DNA of 64,000 nt, taken from NCBI GenBank assembly GCA_963718615.1, contig OY970368.1, positions 1,440,001-1,504,000 on the forward strand, in the 5' to 3' direction. Below, in pieces: positions 40,153 through 51,450 of the stretch. A program made the translations under genes and the position numbers. The notes under the pieces were generated by a model, which saw nothing but the letters and a program-made list of their open reading frames with translations, was not told the origin of the DNA and searched no databases. Each line of letters begins with the position of its first letter. Position 1 is the stretch's first letter. The stretch comes from an uncultured cyanobacterium. GTDB taxonomy: Bacteria > Cyanobacteriota > Cyanobacteriia > PCC-9006 > JAAUQQ01.

Positions 40153-42108
40153 CTAGGTCGTACTCTTATAGGCTTCAAAGCGGCTGCGCAATTCTGCCAC
40201 CGTCAGGTCCTGGGACCAATACTCCACCAGTCCATGACCAAAGGCCCAGGCATCTCGCGTCACGGTCGTGGAGGTATCCTCTATGGAAACTGCGTCTTCT
40301 AATAAGAGGGGCCAAAGTCTGAGTAAGTCAAATCCGAGGGGACCCGCTTCTGGCTTTAGGAGCGCGAATAAATCGTAGGCCATTTGTAGTTTACCGACGA
40401 CGATGGGTACTTTTTCTACCGGTATCTGTTGCAATAACACCTGGGCTAAAGCCGGGGAGCCCGTAGTCAAGGTTGAAAGAAACTGTAGCACCGGGCTCTT
40501 GAGGAGGGCGGTGAGCCCCTGGGTGGTTGCCATTTGGAAGACGTACTGATCAATGATCTTGGCGGTGGCCACCGTTCGGGCTTCTTGGTTGCGCAAAAAT
40601 CGCGCCAGCCGTAGTTGCTTTGCGGGGTCAATGGTTTCCAGGAGAACCAGGGCTAATGTCTCCGCATTCCAGGCGGCTCGGTCGCTTGCGCGATCGCCCG
40701 TCACCACGGGCAACACCTGTTCAGACAGCGCCCCAAACTGTTCGATGCGATATTGCGTTGCCTCGCGAATGGCGCGTTCCTTGGGGCGATCGCCCCCCAG
40801 CCAATCGTAGGGCGGTTCCCACTCTCGCACGGGCCGCAAGCGATCCACCTGGGTCAGAATCACTAACACCGGCAAATCCGCCATGGAGTCCCGCAGGGTC
40901 TGCAAAAAATCGACATCCATCTGCAACGCCGGATCCAACGCCGGGGTGACCAACAGCAGCAAATCCGCTGTCTGGGCATAGTCTAAAACCAACTCCCGCA
41001 GATCGGCCCGCTGTACCTGTTCATACCCCGGTGTATCCCAAAGATTGAGTGTTTCAGCCTGAATCTGCCAGGAATAGTTTTGGATCTGGTCGGTGCTGGG
41101 CAAGACATCTACTACGGCCTGGTCCGTGGAGAACAGTGTATTAATCACACTGCTTTTGCCCGCTCCCGTGCGGCCCACGAGCAAAATGTTTAGCGGTTGC
41201 TGAACCATCTGTTCGGTCGGCTCGGCTCGATCCAAAATAGCTCGTAAGGTCTCAGTTTTAGCCTGGGGCAAGGTTGCTGGCAGCGGCTCCGGCGCAACTG
41301 CCGAGCGGGGTAAACTGTCGCCGCTATAGAGAACGATCGCCTGCTGAGCCAAATTTCGTAATGCCGCCTCGCGCAAAAGCTGACTCAGGTTGAACAGCAA
41401 CTGTTGGTTGGCACGAGTACCATAGTTCTGGCTGGCCGTGCGGGCGATCGCCGCTGCCGGGTTTACCACCCACTGGACCCAAGTCCAAGCCTTCCAGAGC
41501 TTGCGGGCCGAGGGTTCCAGCTTTCGATAGGTTTCATAGGCTTGGTAGGCTTGTCCCACGGTCACTTGGTTGAGCGCCGGGGCCAATTTTTGCATCCACT
41601 GATCCATATCATCGGTGGTGCCGCGAATCAGCGCGTAGGCTTGGGGCACATAGATGTTGAGCAGCGGATATTTGACTTCTGGGTGGTAAATGTGGGCAAT
41701 TTCCACCACCACGCTGCGGCAGCGCTGCCAAAACGTCGGCCAGTCTTCCCAGAGGGGGCGATCGCCCTGGGTCATTTGCAAAATCCTTTGGAGTGCCGCT
41801 TCCGCCTGCTGGACCTGATTCCGTTGAGCTGGGCTGCCTTCCACAGTTGCATTAGCAAAGGCTTCAGCGGTGGCCTCCAGTTCTTCGGTGACCGCCTCCA
41901 ACGTCGACTCGATTTGGGCAAATCCCGACCGCGTCCAGCGCACCAGCAGCCAGCGCCAGCCCACCAACACCAGGGTAAACAGCGCCCAGATCCAGGTTAG
42001 TCCCCAAGCTTGAATCTGGGAGCCTGCCGCGATCAAAATGAAGAGGGCGATCGCCCCGATCGGAGCCACTAAAACCGCCCACTGCCAAGCTTTGAGCCGA
42101 ATTCCCAT
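40153..42108 (-). CDS. Membrane-anchored GTPase-family protein
   Basis: N-terminal TMs; G1 GRTGAGKS, G3 DTPG, G4-like TQVD. Confidence 0.85.
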   Translation of the reverse strand: MGIRLKAWQWAVLVAPIGAIALFILIAAGSQIQAWGLTWIWALFTLVLVGWRWLLVRWTRSGFAQIESTLEAVTEELEATAEAFANATVEGSPAQRNQVQQAEAALQRILQMTQGDRPLWEDWPTFWQRCRSVVVEIAHIYHPEVKYPLLNIYVPQAYALIRGTTDDMDQWMQKLAPALNQVTVGQAYQAYETYRKLEPSARKLWKAWTWVQWVVNPAAAIARTASQNYGTRANQQLLFNLSQLLREAALRNLAQQAIVLYSGDSLPRSAVAPEPLPATLPQAKTETLRAILDRAEPTEQMVQQPLNILLVGRTGAGKSSVINTLFSTDQAVVDVLPSTDQIQNYSWQIQAETLNLWDTPGYEQVQRADLRELVLDYAQTADLLLLVTPALDPALQMDVDFLQTLRDSMADLPVLVILTQVDRLRPVREWEPPYDWLGGDRPKERAIREATQYRIEQFGALSEQVLPVVTGDRASDRAAWNAETLALVLLETIDPAKQLRLARFLRNQEARTVATAKIIDQYVFQMATTQGLTALLKSPVLQFLSTLTTGSPALAQVLLQQIPVEKVPIVVGKLQMAYDLFALLKPEAGPLGFDLLRLWPLLLEDAVSIEDTSTTVTRDAWAFGHGLVEYWSQDLTVAELRSRFEAYKSTT

Positions 42109-42150
42109 AGTCTCATCCCCGCTGCTAGCGTTTTCTCTCTCCCTCCCCGA

Positions 42151-43338
42151 TTAAAGCGTGACGAGGGGCCGCTGGCGAGAACCGCTCCAAACACAGAAGG
42201 CTGCGATCGCCAAGGCCAAACATCCCCCAATCACCGTCAGCGTCGGCGACAGGTTTCCCCCCAATTGCTTCAGCAACACGCCTGCCAAACCCACTCCCCC
42301 AAAGTACATCCCAACGCCGAGGGCGCTGCGATCGCTCGGTACTGCCCCCAGGGCAAAGGGAATCGTTCCATTTTGAATGAAGCTAAAGGCGATTCCGAGT
42401 AGCACGGTCACCCCTACCGCCGACCCCGGAATCTCGCCGTCCACGCCACTGAGTCCCAGGGCTGCTAATCCCAATGCCGCCGCCCCAGCCCCCACCGCCA
42501 GAGCCGGTCGAGCGCCCGTCTGTCCTGCTACCCAGCCTGCGGGTAAGACGCTGAGCAAATGGGTAATTGTAAAGATCGTGACTAAACCTAGGGTCGTTTG
42601 GGCGGATTGGAGGGGCGATCGCATTAATCCCAACCCCACGGTTAAAGCGGCCCCGGCGGCAAAGACCCAGAGCAGATTTTGTTTGGGTAGCGCCCGAAGG
42701 GGCGTGAGCTGGGTGCTCTGTTCTACGAGGATTTGTTCATCGGGGGCGGACCAGCGCAGAACCAAGGCCGCGAGCAAGAGCACCGCCGAAGAAATACCAA
42801 AAGCCATGACCGGCCCCAAACTCAAAATCCAGTTGCGGGCAAACAGGCCCGTGCTGCCTGCGATCGCCCCAAACAAAATCACAATACTGACCGCCTGAGC
42901 CAGCCCGGAGCCGACGGCATATTGGGCTAAGAGTCCGAGGATGGGGCTACGGAAGATCGTCATGGCGATCGCCCAAGCCACCAGGGCAATCGGCAACAGC
43001 AACCCCAGCCCTCCGACCACGCTGGCACTACCCCCGGCAAGCAAAGGAATCACCATGAAAATCAGGGCTGCGAGCCCAATGCCCAGGGCAATAAACGGAA
43101 AACGCGACCCCATCCACACCCTAGCCCGTTCTGAAAGGGCTCCCATGGTGGGTTCGAGGGGAATGGCGAGCAGCGCTTCGAGGGTCAGTACGCGGTTCGC
43201 GAAGTCATCGGGGTAGCCCGCTTGTTCCAAAAGTTGGGGAATATAAAGGCCATAGGTGACCCAGGCGAGGGAGATAGAAGCCTGGACCGCTGCGACGCCG
43301 CAGACCTGCGCCCAGAGAATAGATTGCCGTTGCATCAT
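42151..43338 (-). CDS. MFS transporter
   Basis: About 12 hydrophobic segments; MGALSERAR..GSRFPF loop motif. Confidence 0.82.
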   Translation of the reverse strand: MMQRQSILWAQVCGVAAVQASISLAWVTYGLYIPQLLEQAGYPDDFANRVLTLEALLAIPLEPTMGALSERARVWMGSRFPFIALGIGLAALIFMVIPLLAGGSASVVGGLGLLLPIALVAWAIAMTIFRSPILGLLAQYAVGSGLAQAVSIVILFGAIAGSTGLFARNWILSLGPVMAFGISSAVLLLAALVLRWSAPDEQILVEQSTQLTPLRALPKQNLLWVFAAGAALTVGLGLMRSPLQSAQTTLGLVTIFTITHLLSVLPAGWVAGQTGARPALAVGAGAAALGLAALGLSGVDGEIPGSAVGVTVLLGIAFSFIQNGTIPFALGAVPSDRSALGVGMYFGGVGLAGVLLKQLGGNLSPTLTVIGGCLALAIAAFCVWSGSRQRPLVTL

Positions 43339-43397
43339 GTCACAGCGTTTCTCCCTCAAGATAAGCTAATCGCGTTAATATCAGGGTTCCCGTGAGT

Positions 43398-44354
43398 TTA
43401 AACCTTCGGATCACCGACGATCGCCTTAACCCCTTCGATGGTCGCCGGAATATTACCCGGATCCATAAACATCACCTTACTGCTACTACTTTCGCCGATT
43501 TTCTGACCCATTTCGAGATAATGCTGCGCCACCAGGAATTGCAAACTTTCCGCACCCTTGGGATTCTGCTGCAACGCCTCACTGACGATTTTGAGCGCCT
43601 CCGCCGTAGCGTGGGCTTTGAGGACTGCCTCCTGCCGAATCGCTTGGGCACGCATGACGATCGCCTTCTGTTCCGCTTCCGCATCGAGCAAAACGGATTT
43701 TTGCCGCGCTTCCGCATCCAAAACGCGGGCTTCAGCTTGCCCCCGTGCGCTGTTGATGGCGGAATCCTTTTCCCCCTCCGAAGTCAAAATTGCTGCCCGC
43801 TTGCGCCGTTCCGCCGCCATTTGCAGCTCCATGGAATCCAGCACCGCCTTCGAAGGCACAATGTCCCGCAGCTCCACACGGGTTACTTTGACACCCCAGG
43901 GATCCGTAGCAATATCGAGCTCCCGCAGCAGCACTTCATTGACCGCCGCCCTTGCCGTAAAGGTTTCGTCCAGCTCCAGCTTGCCCATCTGCTCCCGAAT
44001 CTGGGTCAGCACCAGGTTAACCATGGCCGCCTGCAAATTTTGGACCTTGTAATAGGCCTTTTCCAAATTCATAATCCGCCAGTAGACGACCGCATCGGCG
44101 GTGATAGAAACGTTGTCCCGCGTAATACAGTTTTGGGGGGGAATATCCAGCACCCGCTCCCGCACCGTTTCCTTGGCGACAATTTGATCAATAAACGGCA
44201 CAAGAAAATTAAGACCGGGCTCTAACTTTTTGCCATTATATTTACCGAGGGTTTCCACAAGGGCCTGGTTGCCCTGGTTGATAATTTTGACCGAACTGGC
44301 GAGGACGCTACCGCCCAGCGCCAGGGTGATTAACATACTGATGAAGCTGCCCAT
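43398..44354 (-). CDS. SPFH/band 7 (stomatin-like) protein
   Basis: [39 protein letters not shown]. Confidence 0.93.
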   Translation of the reverse strand: MGSFISMLITLALGGSVLASSVKIINQGNQALVETLGKYNGKKLEPGLNFLVPFIDQIVAKETVRERVLDIPPQNCITRDNVSITADAVVYWRIMNLEKAYYKVQNLQAAMVNLVLTQIREQMGKLELDETFTARAAVNEVLLRELDIATDPWGVKVTRVELRDIVPSKAVLDSMELQMAAERRKRAAILTSEGEKDSAINSARGQAEARVLDAEARQKSVLLDAEAEQKAIVMRAQAIRQEAVLKAHATAEALKIVSEALQQNPKGAESLQFLVAQHYLEMGQKIGESSSSKVMFMDPGNIPATIEGVKAIVGDPKV

Positions 44355-44474
44355 GGTTGGGATCTCCTATGTGAATGGATCAGGGGGATGCAGATTGAAC
44401 AATGAAAAACGGAAGATGGAAGATGAAAAAGGTGAAAGCTGGAAATGGAAGAGGAAAGGAATTAGCCAGCGGGG

Positions 44475-44906
44475 TTAGGGGAGGAGGTATTGAGGGAGGA
44501 CAATGAGGGTGGTGCCTTCTTGGCGCAGAACCGCAACGGGTTGGTTGGGGGCGATCGCCTCATCCGGATCCGCACAGCGGGCCTGCCAAGAATTGCCTTC
44601 ATAAAGCACCCGCCCCGTAGCTCCAGCGGGAATTTCGGTCAAGGTTTGAGCCTCCAGCGCATCCATGGATGATCCCTGGCGACGATGACCGAGGGAGAGA
44701 CGACGAAATCCAAACAGCAGAGCCGTAGAGAGGACTAACCAGAGAACAACCTGGAGCGTCAGTGACGGAATCAGAAAGGCAACAAAGGCAACAACAAAGG
44801 CACTGAGTCCTAAGGCCGATTCAACAAAGGCCGTTGGAATCAACAGCTCCATCAGGCAGAGGAGGAGGCCAGCGATCGCCCAAACATAGGCAGGATTCAT
44901 AGTCAT
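44475..44906 (-). CDS. NfeD-like membrane protein
   Basis: TM hairpins plus GRVLYEGNSWQARC OB-fold; adjacent to the SPFH gene. Confidence 0.9.
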   Translation of the reverse strand: MTMNPAYVWAIAGLLLCLMELLIPTAFVESALGLSAFVVAFVAFLIPSLTLQVVLWLVLSTALLFGFRRLSLGHRRQGSSMDALEAQTLTEIPAGATGRVLYEGNSWQARCADPDEAIAPNQPVAVLRQEGTTLIVLPQYLLP

Positions 44907-45215
44907 GGCTGTGGATGTGCGCCGGGATGCCTAGGTAATTGGAACTACAGGGGCGATCGCCCCCATTTCGGTCGACTTCTTTCTATCAACTTCTTCGGTC
45001 AACTTCAAAACGCGCTTCTTTCAGTATAGTGTGGCCCCAAATAGACCGTTGGGCGGCTTTCCAAGAGCAGAGGCAACGCAATGCGGCGAATCTGCTCTAC
45101 ACTAAATGCCTTGAGAGCAGGCTTGCTGAGGTCGGTCGTTTTCCCGTTTTTTCCCGGTGATCTGTTCTCTAACCTGCGGTGAGTTGTCGTTTATTGATTT
45201 CCCCTTTTCCAACCC

Positions 45216-47249
45216 ATGACCGGCGTTGAACCTGTAATTAATCCTTACCTTTGGGCTTTGGGAGATGCGGCCTTGGACCTCGCACCGGGGGCAGAGGTGG
45301 CGGGTCGCTATCGGGTGATTGCGCCGCAGGTCTGGCTCGATACCCAGCCGGAAGTGCCCATTGAACCGCCGGATGAGATTCATCGGGAACTGTTGCCCTA
45401 TCTCTATCTTTATCCCCAGCGGCTGCATCTGCCGATTGTCTATGATGTTTGCACCGTGGAGGACTATCCCTCCCCCGTAGTGCTGCTGGAGAATGTGCCG
45501 CTAGAGGGAGCCGGAAGCCTGCAGCCCTGCTTTTTGACCCAGATGGAACAGGCGAGTACGCTACGGCAAATCTCTTGGTTTGCGCAAATTTTAGACCTTT
45601 GGGAGCCGTTGTCACAGTTGGGCGTGGCGGCGAGCTTGCTGGTGGATGACAATCTGCGGGTGGAAGGCTGGCGGATTCGGCTGCGGGAGCTCTATGCGGC
45701 CCTGGGAGAGGATTCGCCCCTGGGGACCGGGTTGGGGAAAAACCGCTATGTGGGGGAGGTGCAACTGCCGGAATTGGTTCATTTGGGCGATCGCTGGCTG
45801 AGTTGGGCCGATAAGGTCGATCCTCGTATCCAGGCAGACCTCAAGGCCATAGGTGAACGGTTACGGGATGTGGATGCAGAGCTTAGCGATGTGGCGCAGC
45901 AGTTGAATGTGCTATTGCTCAAGCAGACGGCCCAGTTTCCGCTCCGGATTCAGACCGCCGGCCAAACGGATCCCGGACCCCAGCATCGCCAGAACGAAGA
46001 CACCTGCTATCCGCTCCCCAGTGATCTCAAAAATCGCGGCGTGTCTCCAGATAGTCTTTTGATTCCCCATGTGGCGATCGTCTGTGATGGCATTGGGGGT
46101 CATGAGGGGGGGGAAGTGGCCAGCCAGATGGCGGTGCGATCGCTCAAACTCCAGCTTCAAGCCTTTCTGGGCGAATTTTCCCATAGCACAACGCCCCTAC
46201 CGCCTCAGGTGATCATGGAGCAGTTGGCCGCCAGCGTCCGCGTCGTCAATAACCTGATCAGCAACCAAAACGACTCCCAGGAGCGGGAAGCCCGTCAGCG
46301 AATGGGCACAACGCTGGTGATGGCGGTGCATGTGCAACAACCCTTGGCCGCAGAGGGTCCGTTTGGCCATGAGATTTATTTGATCAATGTGGGCGATAGC
46401 CGCGCCTACTGGATTACCCAGCGCTATTGTCAGGGGTTGACGGTCGATAATGATGTGGCCTGCCGGGAGGTGCGTCTCGGTCGCGATTTGTACCGCAGCG
46501 TTCTGCAACGGTCCGATTCAGGATCCCTCACCCAAGCCTTGGGAACCCGCGACGGTCAATATTTACAGGTGACGGTCCAGCGGTTGATTTTGGATGAGGA
46601 CGGCCTTTTGCTCCTTTGCTCCGATGGGCTGAGCGACCATGGTCAGGTGGAAATGGCCTGGGCCGATTCGGTGGCGACGACGCTGAGTGGTCAGATTGCC
46701 CTGGAGGAAGCAGCCCAAGACTGGGTGGACATTGCCAATGAGCGCAACGGCCACGATAACGTTTCGGTGGTGATTAGTCGCTGTCGGGTGTCGCCGGATT
46801 ATCCAGTGGTACTGGATTCCGGGGCGATCGCCACCACCGCTCCGCCTGCCGATGCCCTCACCGCTGCCTCCGAAGCGCTCTTGGCCGGGGTTCCTGCTGC
46901 CAGCGACCCCGATACGGTTGTGAAGCCCCCCAGTCGGGTGCTGGCGTTGCTCAAGGGAATTTTGGCCTTTTTGATCATGCTGGGTCTGGGTGGACTGATT
47001 GGCTATGTGGCCTTCAAGCAGTTGCGGCCTAGCGAACCTCAACCTGGAGAAGTCTTACCCGGAGAACCCTTACCGGGAAATACGCCGCTGCCGCCAACAC
47101 CGGGGACACCGCTCTCGGAACCAACGCCCCTGAATGGCAATCCATCGAGCGAGACGCCAAACGAAACCCCCGGTGAAACGCTTAATGAAACACCTGGTGA
47201 AACCCCCAGCGAAACCTCGCCGGACAATCAAGAACCTGCTGCCCCCTAG
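45216..47249 (+). CDS. PP2C-family Ser/Thr phosphatase with N-terminal extension and C-terminal TM
   Basis: RQNED, VCDGIGGH, MGTTL, NVGDSRAY, LCSDGL, GHDNVSV. Confidence 0.9.
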   Translation: MTGVEPVINPYLWALGDAALDLAPGAEVAGRYRVIAPQVWLDTQPEVPIEPPDEIHRELLPYLYLYPQRLHLPIVYDVCTVEDYPSPVVLLENVPLEGAGSLQPCFLTQMEQASTLRQISWFAQILDLWEPLSQLGVAASLLVDDNLRVEGWRIRLRELYAALGEDSPLGTGLGKNRYVGEVQLPELVHLGDRWLSWADKVDPRIQADLKAIGERLRDVDAELSDVAQQLNVLLLKQTAQFPLRIQTAGQTDPGPQHRQNEDTCYPLPSDLKNRGVSPDSLLIPHVAIVCDGIGGHEGGEVASQMAVRSLKLQLQAFLGEFSHSTTPLPPQVIMEQLAASVRVVNNLISNQNDSQEREARQRMGTTLVMAVHVQQPLAAEGPFGHEIYLINVGDSRAYWITQRYCQGLTVDNDVACREVRLGRDLYRSVLQRSDSGSLTQALGTRDGQYLQVTVQRLILDEDGLLLLCSDGLSDHGQVEMAWADSVATTLSGQIALEEAAQDWVDIANERNGHDNVSVVISRCRVSPDYPVVLDSGAIATTAPPADALTAASEALLAGVPAASDPDTVVKPPSRVLALLKGILAFLIMLGLGGLIGYVAFKQLRPSEPQPGEVLPGEPLPGNTPLPPTPGTPLSEPTPLNGNPSSETPNETPGETLNETPGETPSETSPDNQEPAAP

Positions 47250-47369
47250 AGTAGGCTCAACTCAAAACGTTACAATACCCCAACACTTTGTAGCTCAGGC
47301 GACGATTTTGGCGGGCCTGACTGCTTGAATCTTGTGTCTCATTTGGTTGTTGTCTAGAGGAGAAAGTCC

Positions 47370-47603
47370 ATGAAAGTTGGCGATCGCGTGCGGGTAAAAG
47401 AGTCGGTCACGGTGTATCACTATCCGCAGAAGGTGCATCAACCCATCGATATCCAAGGATTTGAAGGGGAAGTCGTCGCGATCGCGACGGAGTGGCATGG
47501 TAAACCCATCAGCGCCAATTTGCCGGTTTGCGTCAAGTTTGATGTCAATGGCAAACCCCTGCGCACCCATCTGCGGGAGGATGAGATCGAAGCGTTGGGT
47601 TAG
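47370..47603 (+). CDS. ftrV: Ferredoxin-thioredoxin reductase variable chain
   Basis: MKVGDRVRVKESVTVYHYP...ISANLP...HLREDE; GAGGAG RBS. Confidence 0.92.
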   Translation: MKVGDRVRVKESVTVYHYPQKVHQPIDIQGFEGEVVAIATEWHGKPISANLPVCVKFDVNGKPLRTHLREDEIEALG

Positions 47604-47827
47604 AAATGTCGGCCCAGGAAAAATCGGAAGAGGTTGAATTCGCCCCGCATTTGCTCCAGCTCCTGGCGATTTTGCTGGGCGATCGCCTCGTACCAGTTGC
47701 AATAGTCTTCAAAGGCTTGGCGCTGACCCACTTCGTGCCGAAATTCAACGGCTAACTGGTGCCCTTGAAACTGCTCCGGCGCAATTTCAGGCAAGGGCAC
47801 AATGGACTGCAGGGGTTCCTGGGCCAT
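47600..47827 (-). CDS. Small cyanobacterial hypothetical protein
   Basis: 75-aa ORF from the ATG at 47827 (EFRHEV..RQAFEDYCNWY). Confidence 0.65.
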   Translation of the reverse strand: MAQEPLQSIVPLPEIAPEQFQGHQLAVEFRHEVGQRQAFEDYCNWYEAIAQQNRQELEQMRGEFNLFRFFLGRHF

Positions 47828-47864
47828 AACCGCAAGGGGAGAATAAAGAGCAAATATCTTCAGT

Positions 47865-48815
47865 TTAGCCCTGTTGCCTAGCTTGGCGACTGGCAACCCC
47901 CCGCATCATTTCTCGATGGAGCGTTCCTGCAATTCGCTTGGCGACGGTATCGCTGCTCCAATAGCTGCCGTGGGCATTGCCCCCGTTAATCAGGGCTAGA
48001 AACGACCCCTGCAAGAGCCAAGCCAAAATTTCTAAAGGTCCTCGACCCTGAACTAAAATATCATCCACCTTTACCGATGGACCCACGAGACCGGGTAAGA
48101 GCCGTTCTAAGGGCCAAGCAATGGGATCGCCGGGATGGACAAAATTGAGCCAAGGGATCCGGCCATTGAGCCGAGCGCTCTGCTCTAGCAACTGCACCAG
48201 TTCCAGACTGATGTTGTGGCTGCTGTCGGGCCCGGTCTCATTGATGAGACTAAACAACACCAAGGGTGAACCCAGGGTCGAAATGCTGGTGAGCAGCAAA
48301 CCGGTCTCGGGGTCTTGACCCATGCCAAAGACACGATCGCGCACTTGTTGCACCAACTGCCGTTCTTCCTCGCTCAAGCTGATGGATTCCCAGCGATTGG
48401 CAAACAGGATGTCAAACAAGATGGCTGTTCCCCAACTGTGGGTGACGAGGTGGAGGCGATCGCCCGGTTGGGCATCTGCGATGCCTGCGGCAGCTTGACG
48501 GGCCAATTGGCTCACGGTTTCAAACCCCACATGCCGACTGATATAAAGCGCTGCATCGCCCACAAACTCAAGGATTTCATCCAGCCGAAATGGACGGAAC
48601 CAAAATGATTGCCAAGTGCTCGTTTGCGTAATCTGAGGTCGTAGTTGCTTGAGACGATTCTCCACCACATCTCCCCAATAGAGAGGCACATAGCGGGCTT
48701 GGGTGGGTACGGCAGAGCGCTGGATGGTGCGATCCAAGGCGGCAATCAGCTTTTCGGCATAGTGGCGATTGCGAACATTCACACCATGGATAAACAAAAA
48801 GTAATCGGTGGTCAT
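47865..48815 (-). CDS. Alpha/beta-hydrolase-like hypothetical protein
   Basis: FLFIHGV, LVTHSWG nucleophile elbow, TLGSP, GDPIAWP, AHGSYW. Confidence 0.72.
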   Translation of the reverse strand: MTTDYFLFIHGVNVRNRHYAEKLIAALDRTIQRSAVPTQARYVPLYWGDVVENRLKQLRPQITQTSTWQSFWFRPFRLDEILEFVGDAALYISRHVGFETVSQLARQAAAGIADAQPGDRLHLVTHSWGTAILFDILFANRWESISLSEEERQLVQQVRDRVFGMGQDPETGLLLTSISTLGSPLVLFSLINETGPDSSHNISLELVQLLEQSARLNGRIPWLNFVHPGDPIAWPLERLLPGLVGPSVKVDDILVQGRGPLEILAWLLQGSFLALINGGNAHGSYWSSDTVAKRIAGTLHREMMRGVASRQARQQG

Positions 48816-49062
48816 GGTTCCCCTGGTAAAGAAAGATAAATTTAGTTGTCGAATTTGTTGCAAAGATCGCCTGACTCGTTATTTCCGTTGCGTTTCGTTG
48901 CCGCCGGTAGGTTTTCTTTGCCCCGTTTGTCATGATAAACCTCAGCAAAGCGCGACGTTGGTCAAGGGTGATGTGGTAGTCAACCCTGGCATTGCTCGGC
49001 AGGGCTCTACCCATTCCAGGAGGCCCTGCTATTTTTCGGGTTTTTCAGGGGGCTTAGACCTC

Positions 49063-50037
49063 ATGGTTCGGGGAAAAAAACAAGATTCTTTGACGTCGGA
49101 GCCGCGTCGTTGCGCCGAAGTGGCCCAGGGGGCGATCGCGCAAACCCTAGACCAGCTCAGTCGCTATTACACACTGGTCCTGGCGGATCAAGACCCGGAA
49201 CCCCTGCATCAAATGCGAGTCAACCTACGACGCTTGCGAACGCTACTGGTCACCTTTGAGGTCGTCCTAGGGCTGCCTCGGGAGCGAACCCTCAAACAGA
49301 TTCGCAAGCTCAATCGCGTTCTGGGGGCAGTTCGAGACCTTGATGTTTTGCACGAGGGTTTAAAGTCTGACTATGGACCGTTGATGCCGAAGTCAGAGCA
49401 GGCCCCCTTGCGGGAGCTGCGCCAGCAACTCAAGCATCAGCGAAAACAGCGGTTTCGGAAACTGCATGAGGCCTTGGAACAAGCGTTGGAACCCCAACTC
49501 CAAAATGAGAGCCAGAGTTCACCGGGCGCTGCGGAAGGAGGCTTGAAGCAATCGATCGAGGCTTGGCTGGCGGATTCCCCTGGGATCTCATCCCTGGGTG
49601 ACTATTCCGTGGAGGCGATCGCCCCCGATTTACTCTTGCCTTTGCTCAGCCAACTATTCTTGCATCCGGGGCTGCATCTCCCGATTCCGGGGCGGCGGTC
49701 CTCACTCCAGCCGGAGCAGGTGCGATCGCTCCATCAGTTGCGCAAGCAGGTCAAGTCCACTCGCTATCCCCTCGAACTCCTGCGGGAAATGCAAGCCGTG
49801 AATGCCGAGGAATTGCTGGCACTACTCAAAGACAGTCAGAAAATTCTAGGCAAGCTTCAGGACTTGGCCGTTTGTCGTGAATTTGCCGAAGCGGTATTGG
49901 ACCAAGCCCTAGAATGCAAAATGCCCACCTTTGCCCAACGGCTCCATCAGCAACAAACCGAGATTCTGCAAGCTTGGAAACCGCTTCAGTGCCAGTGGGT
50001 TGATCCGGAGGTCCGGGCGAGACTGCGTCAGATTTGA
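49063..50037 (+). CDS. CHAD-domain (polyphosphate-binding) protein
   Basis: DPEPLHQMRVNLRRLR, LGAVRDLDV, LHQLRKQVK..RY, LGKLQD. Confidence 0.88.
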   Translation: MVRGKKQDSLTSEPRRCAEVAQGAIAQTLDQLSRYYTLVLADQDPEPLHQMRVNLRRLRTLLVTFEVVLGLPRERTLKQIRKLNRVLGAVRDLDVLHEGLKSDYGPLMPKSEQAPLRELRQQLKHQRKQRFRKLHEALEQALEPQLQNESQSSPGAAEGGLKQSIEAWLADSPGISSLGDYSVEAIAPDLLLPLLSQLFLHPGLHLPIPGRRSSLQPEQVRSLHQLRKQVKSTRYPLELLREMQAVNAEELLALLKDSQKILGKLQDLAVCREFAEAVLDQALECKMPTFAQRLHQQQTEILQAWKPLQCQWVDPEVRARLRQI

Positions 50038-50050
50038 AGGTGCGATTTCG

Positions 50051-51319
50051 CTAATGCGATTTTGCTAAAAAATATCCGAGCAAATAGAGGGAGCCGCAGA
50101 AAACAATGCAGTCCCCAGGCTGATTGTGGGTGGCGAATGTCAGGGCCTCAAAAATGTCCAGCGTTGCTTGACTGACGGCGAGATCAGGACAAACTTGTAA
50201 GGCCAACGCACTCAGCTCACCAGGGTCTGCTGAGCTATGGTCTGGGACTGGCGCGGTGTAGAGGCGATCGCCCCCCCGCAACAAAGCCCGCAACACTGCC
50301 TCATGTTCCTTGGTACTCAGCATGCCCATCACCCAGGTTACCGGCTGTCCGGCTTGAACCGACGCCAATGTATCAACATAGGCTCTGAGTTCCACCGCTG
50401 CGGCAGGATTGTGAGCGCCATCCGTGAGGATTTTCTGGCCTTGCCAGTGGAGCCATTCCATCCGTCCTGGCCAACGGGTTTGGGCCATGCCTTGGGCGAT
50501 CGCCTCGTCTGGGATGGTCCAGCCTTGGGAGCGGAGGGATTGGAGGGTGGCGATGGCGATCGCAGAATTGGTTAACTGAATCGGCCCCAACAGCGGCAGC
50601 GGATAGCGAATGCCATAGGCTTGAACGGTTCTCGTGTCTTGATCGACTTCTACTGCCGGTTCAACCCAGGTTGCAGGACAATTGAGGGCGTCAATTCGCG
50701 CTTGCACAACTTGCTGGGCTTCTGTCGGCAGAGGACCGATAATCGCGGGGCAATGGGGTTTAAGAATTCCGGCTTTTTCCGTCGCAATTTTGGTGAGCGT
50801 ATCCCCCAGCACTTGCCAATGTTCTTTGCTAATTGAGGTAATGACGCTGGCCAGAGGTTGTGTACACACATTGGTGGCATCCAGCCGACCGCCGAGACCC
50901 ACTTCAATCACGGCAACCTCCACCCGTTGCTGAGCAAAGTAGAGCCAAGCCGCAGCGGTGACGATCTCAAAGAGGGTCGGCGTGGGCTGCTGCGGATCCA
51001 CGGCGGCGATAACTTGCTTGAGAATGGTTTCAAGCTCTGTTTGGGTAATGGATTGCTGATTGAGACAAATCCGCTCGGTCCAATCGATCAGATGGGGGGA
51101 GGTATAACGCCCTGTGCGATACCCCGCTGCGGTTAGGACTGACGCCAGGTAGGCACAGACTGACCCTTTGCCGTTGCTTCCCGCCACATGGATGAGAGGA
51201 ATCTGGTGATGGGGAGCCCCGAGGCGATCGAGCAAATGCTCAATGCGGCTTAAGCCAAGGTTGACGCCAAATTGCTGAAAGGGTTGAAGCAGTTGATCAA
51301 TGCTGGACGGGTATGTCAT
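50051..51319 (-). CDS. folC: Folylpolyglutamate/dihydrofolate synthase
   Basis: HVAGSNGKGS, YTSPHL, EVGLGGRLDATN, DGAHNP. Confidence 0.96.
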   Translation of the reverse strand: MTYPSSIDQLLQPFQQFGVNLGLSRIEHLLDRLGAPHHQIPLIHVAGSNGKGSVCAYLASVLTAAGYRTGRYTSPHLIDWTERICLNQQSITQTELETILKQVIAAVDPQQPTPTLFEIVTAAAWLYFAQQRVEVAVIEVGLGGRLDATNVCTQPLASVITSISKEHWQVLGDTLTKIATEKAGILKPHCPAIIGPLPTEAQQVVQARIDALNCPATWVEPAVEVDQDTRTVQAYGIRYPLPLLGPIQLTNSAIAIATLQSLRSQGWTIPDEAIAQGMAQTRWPGRMEWLHWQGQKILTDGAHNPAAAVELRAYVDTLASVQAGQPVTWVMGMLSTKEHEAVLRALLRGGDRLYTAPVPDHSSADPGELSALALQVCPDLAVSQATLDIFEALTFATHNQPGDCIVFCGSLYLLGYFLAKSH

Positions 51320-51359
51320 ATGAAATACGTGCGATTCCAGTAAGCGTATGTGAAAACAC

Positions 51360-51384
51360 AATCAAGAATCAAGAATCAAGAATC
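51360..51384 (+). repeat. Heptamer short tandem repeat (AATCAAG, about 3.5 copies; STRR-like)
   Basis: Directly visible, intergenic between corA and folC. Confidence 0.75.
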
Positions 51385-51450
51385 TCTGGAGAGGCTGAGA
51401 CCTCTTGAATAAGTCTCAAGCCAAAGCGACAACGTCGATTGCGAAATCCC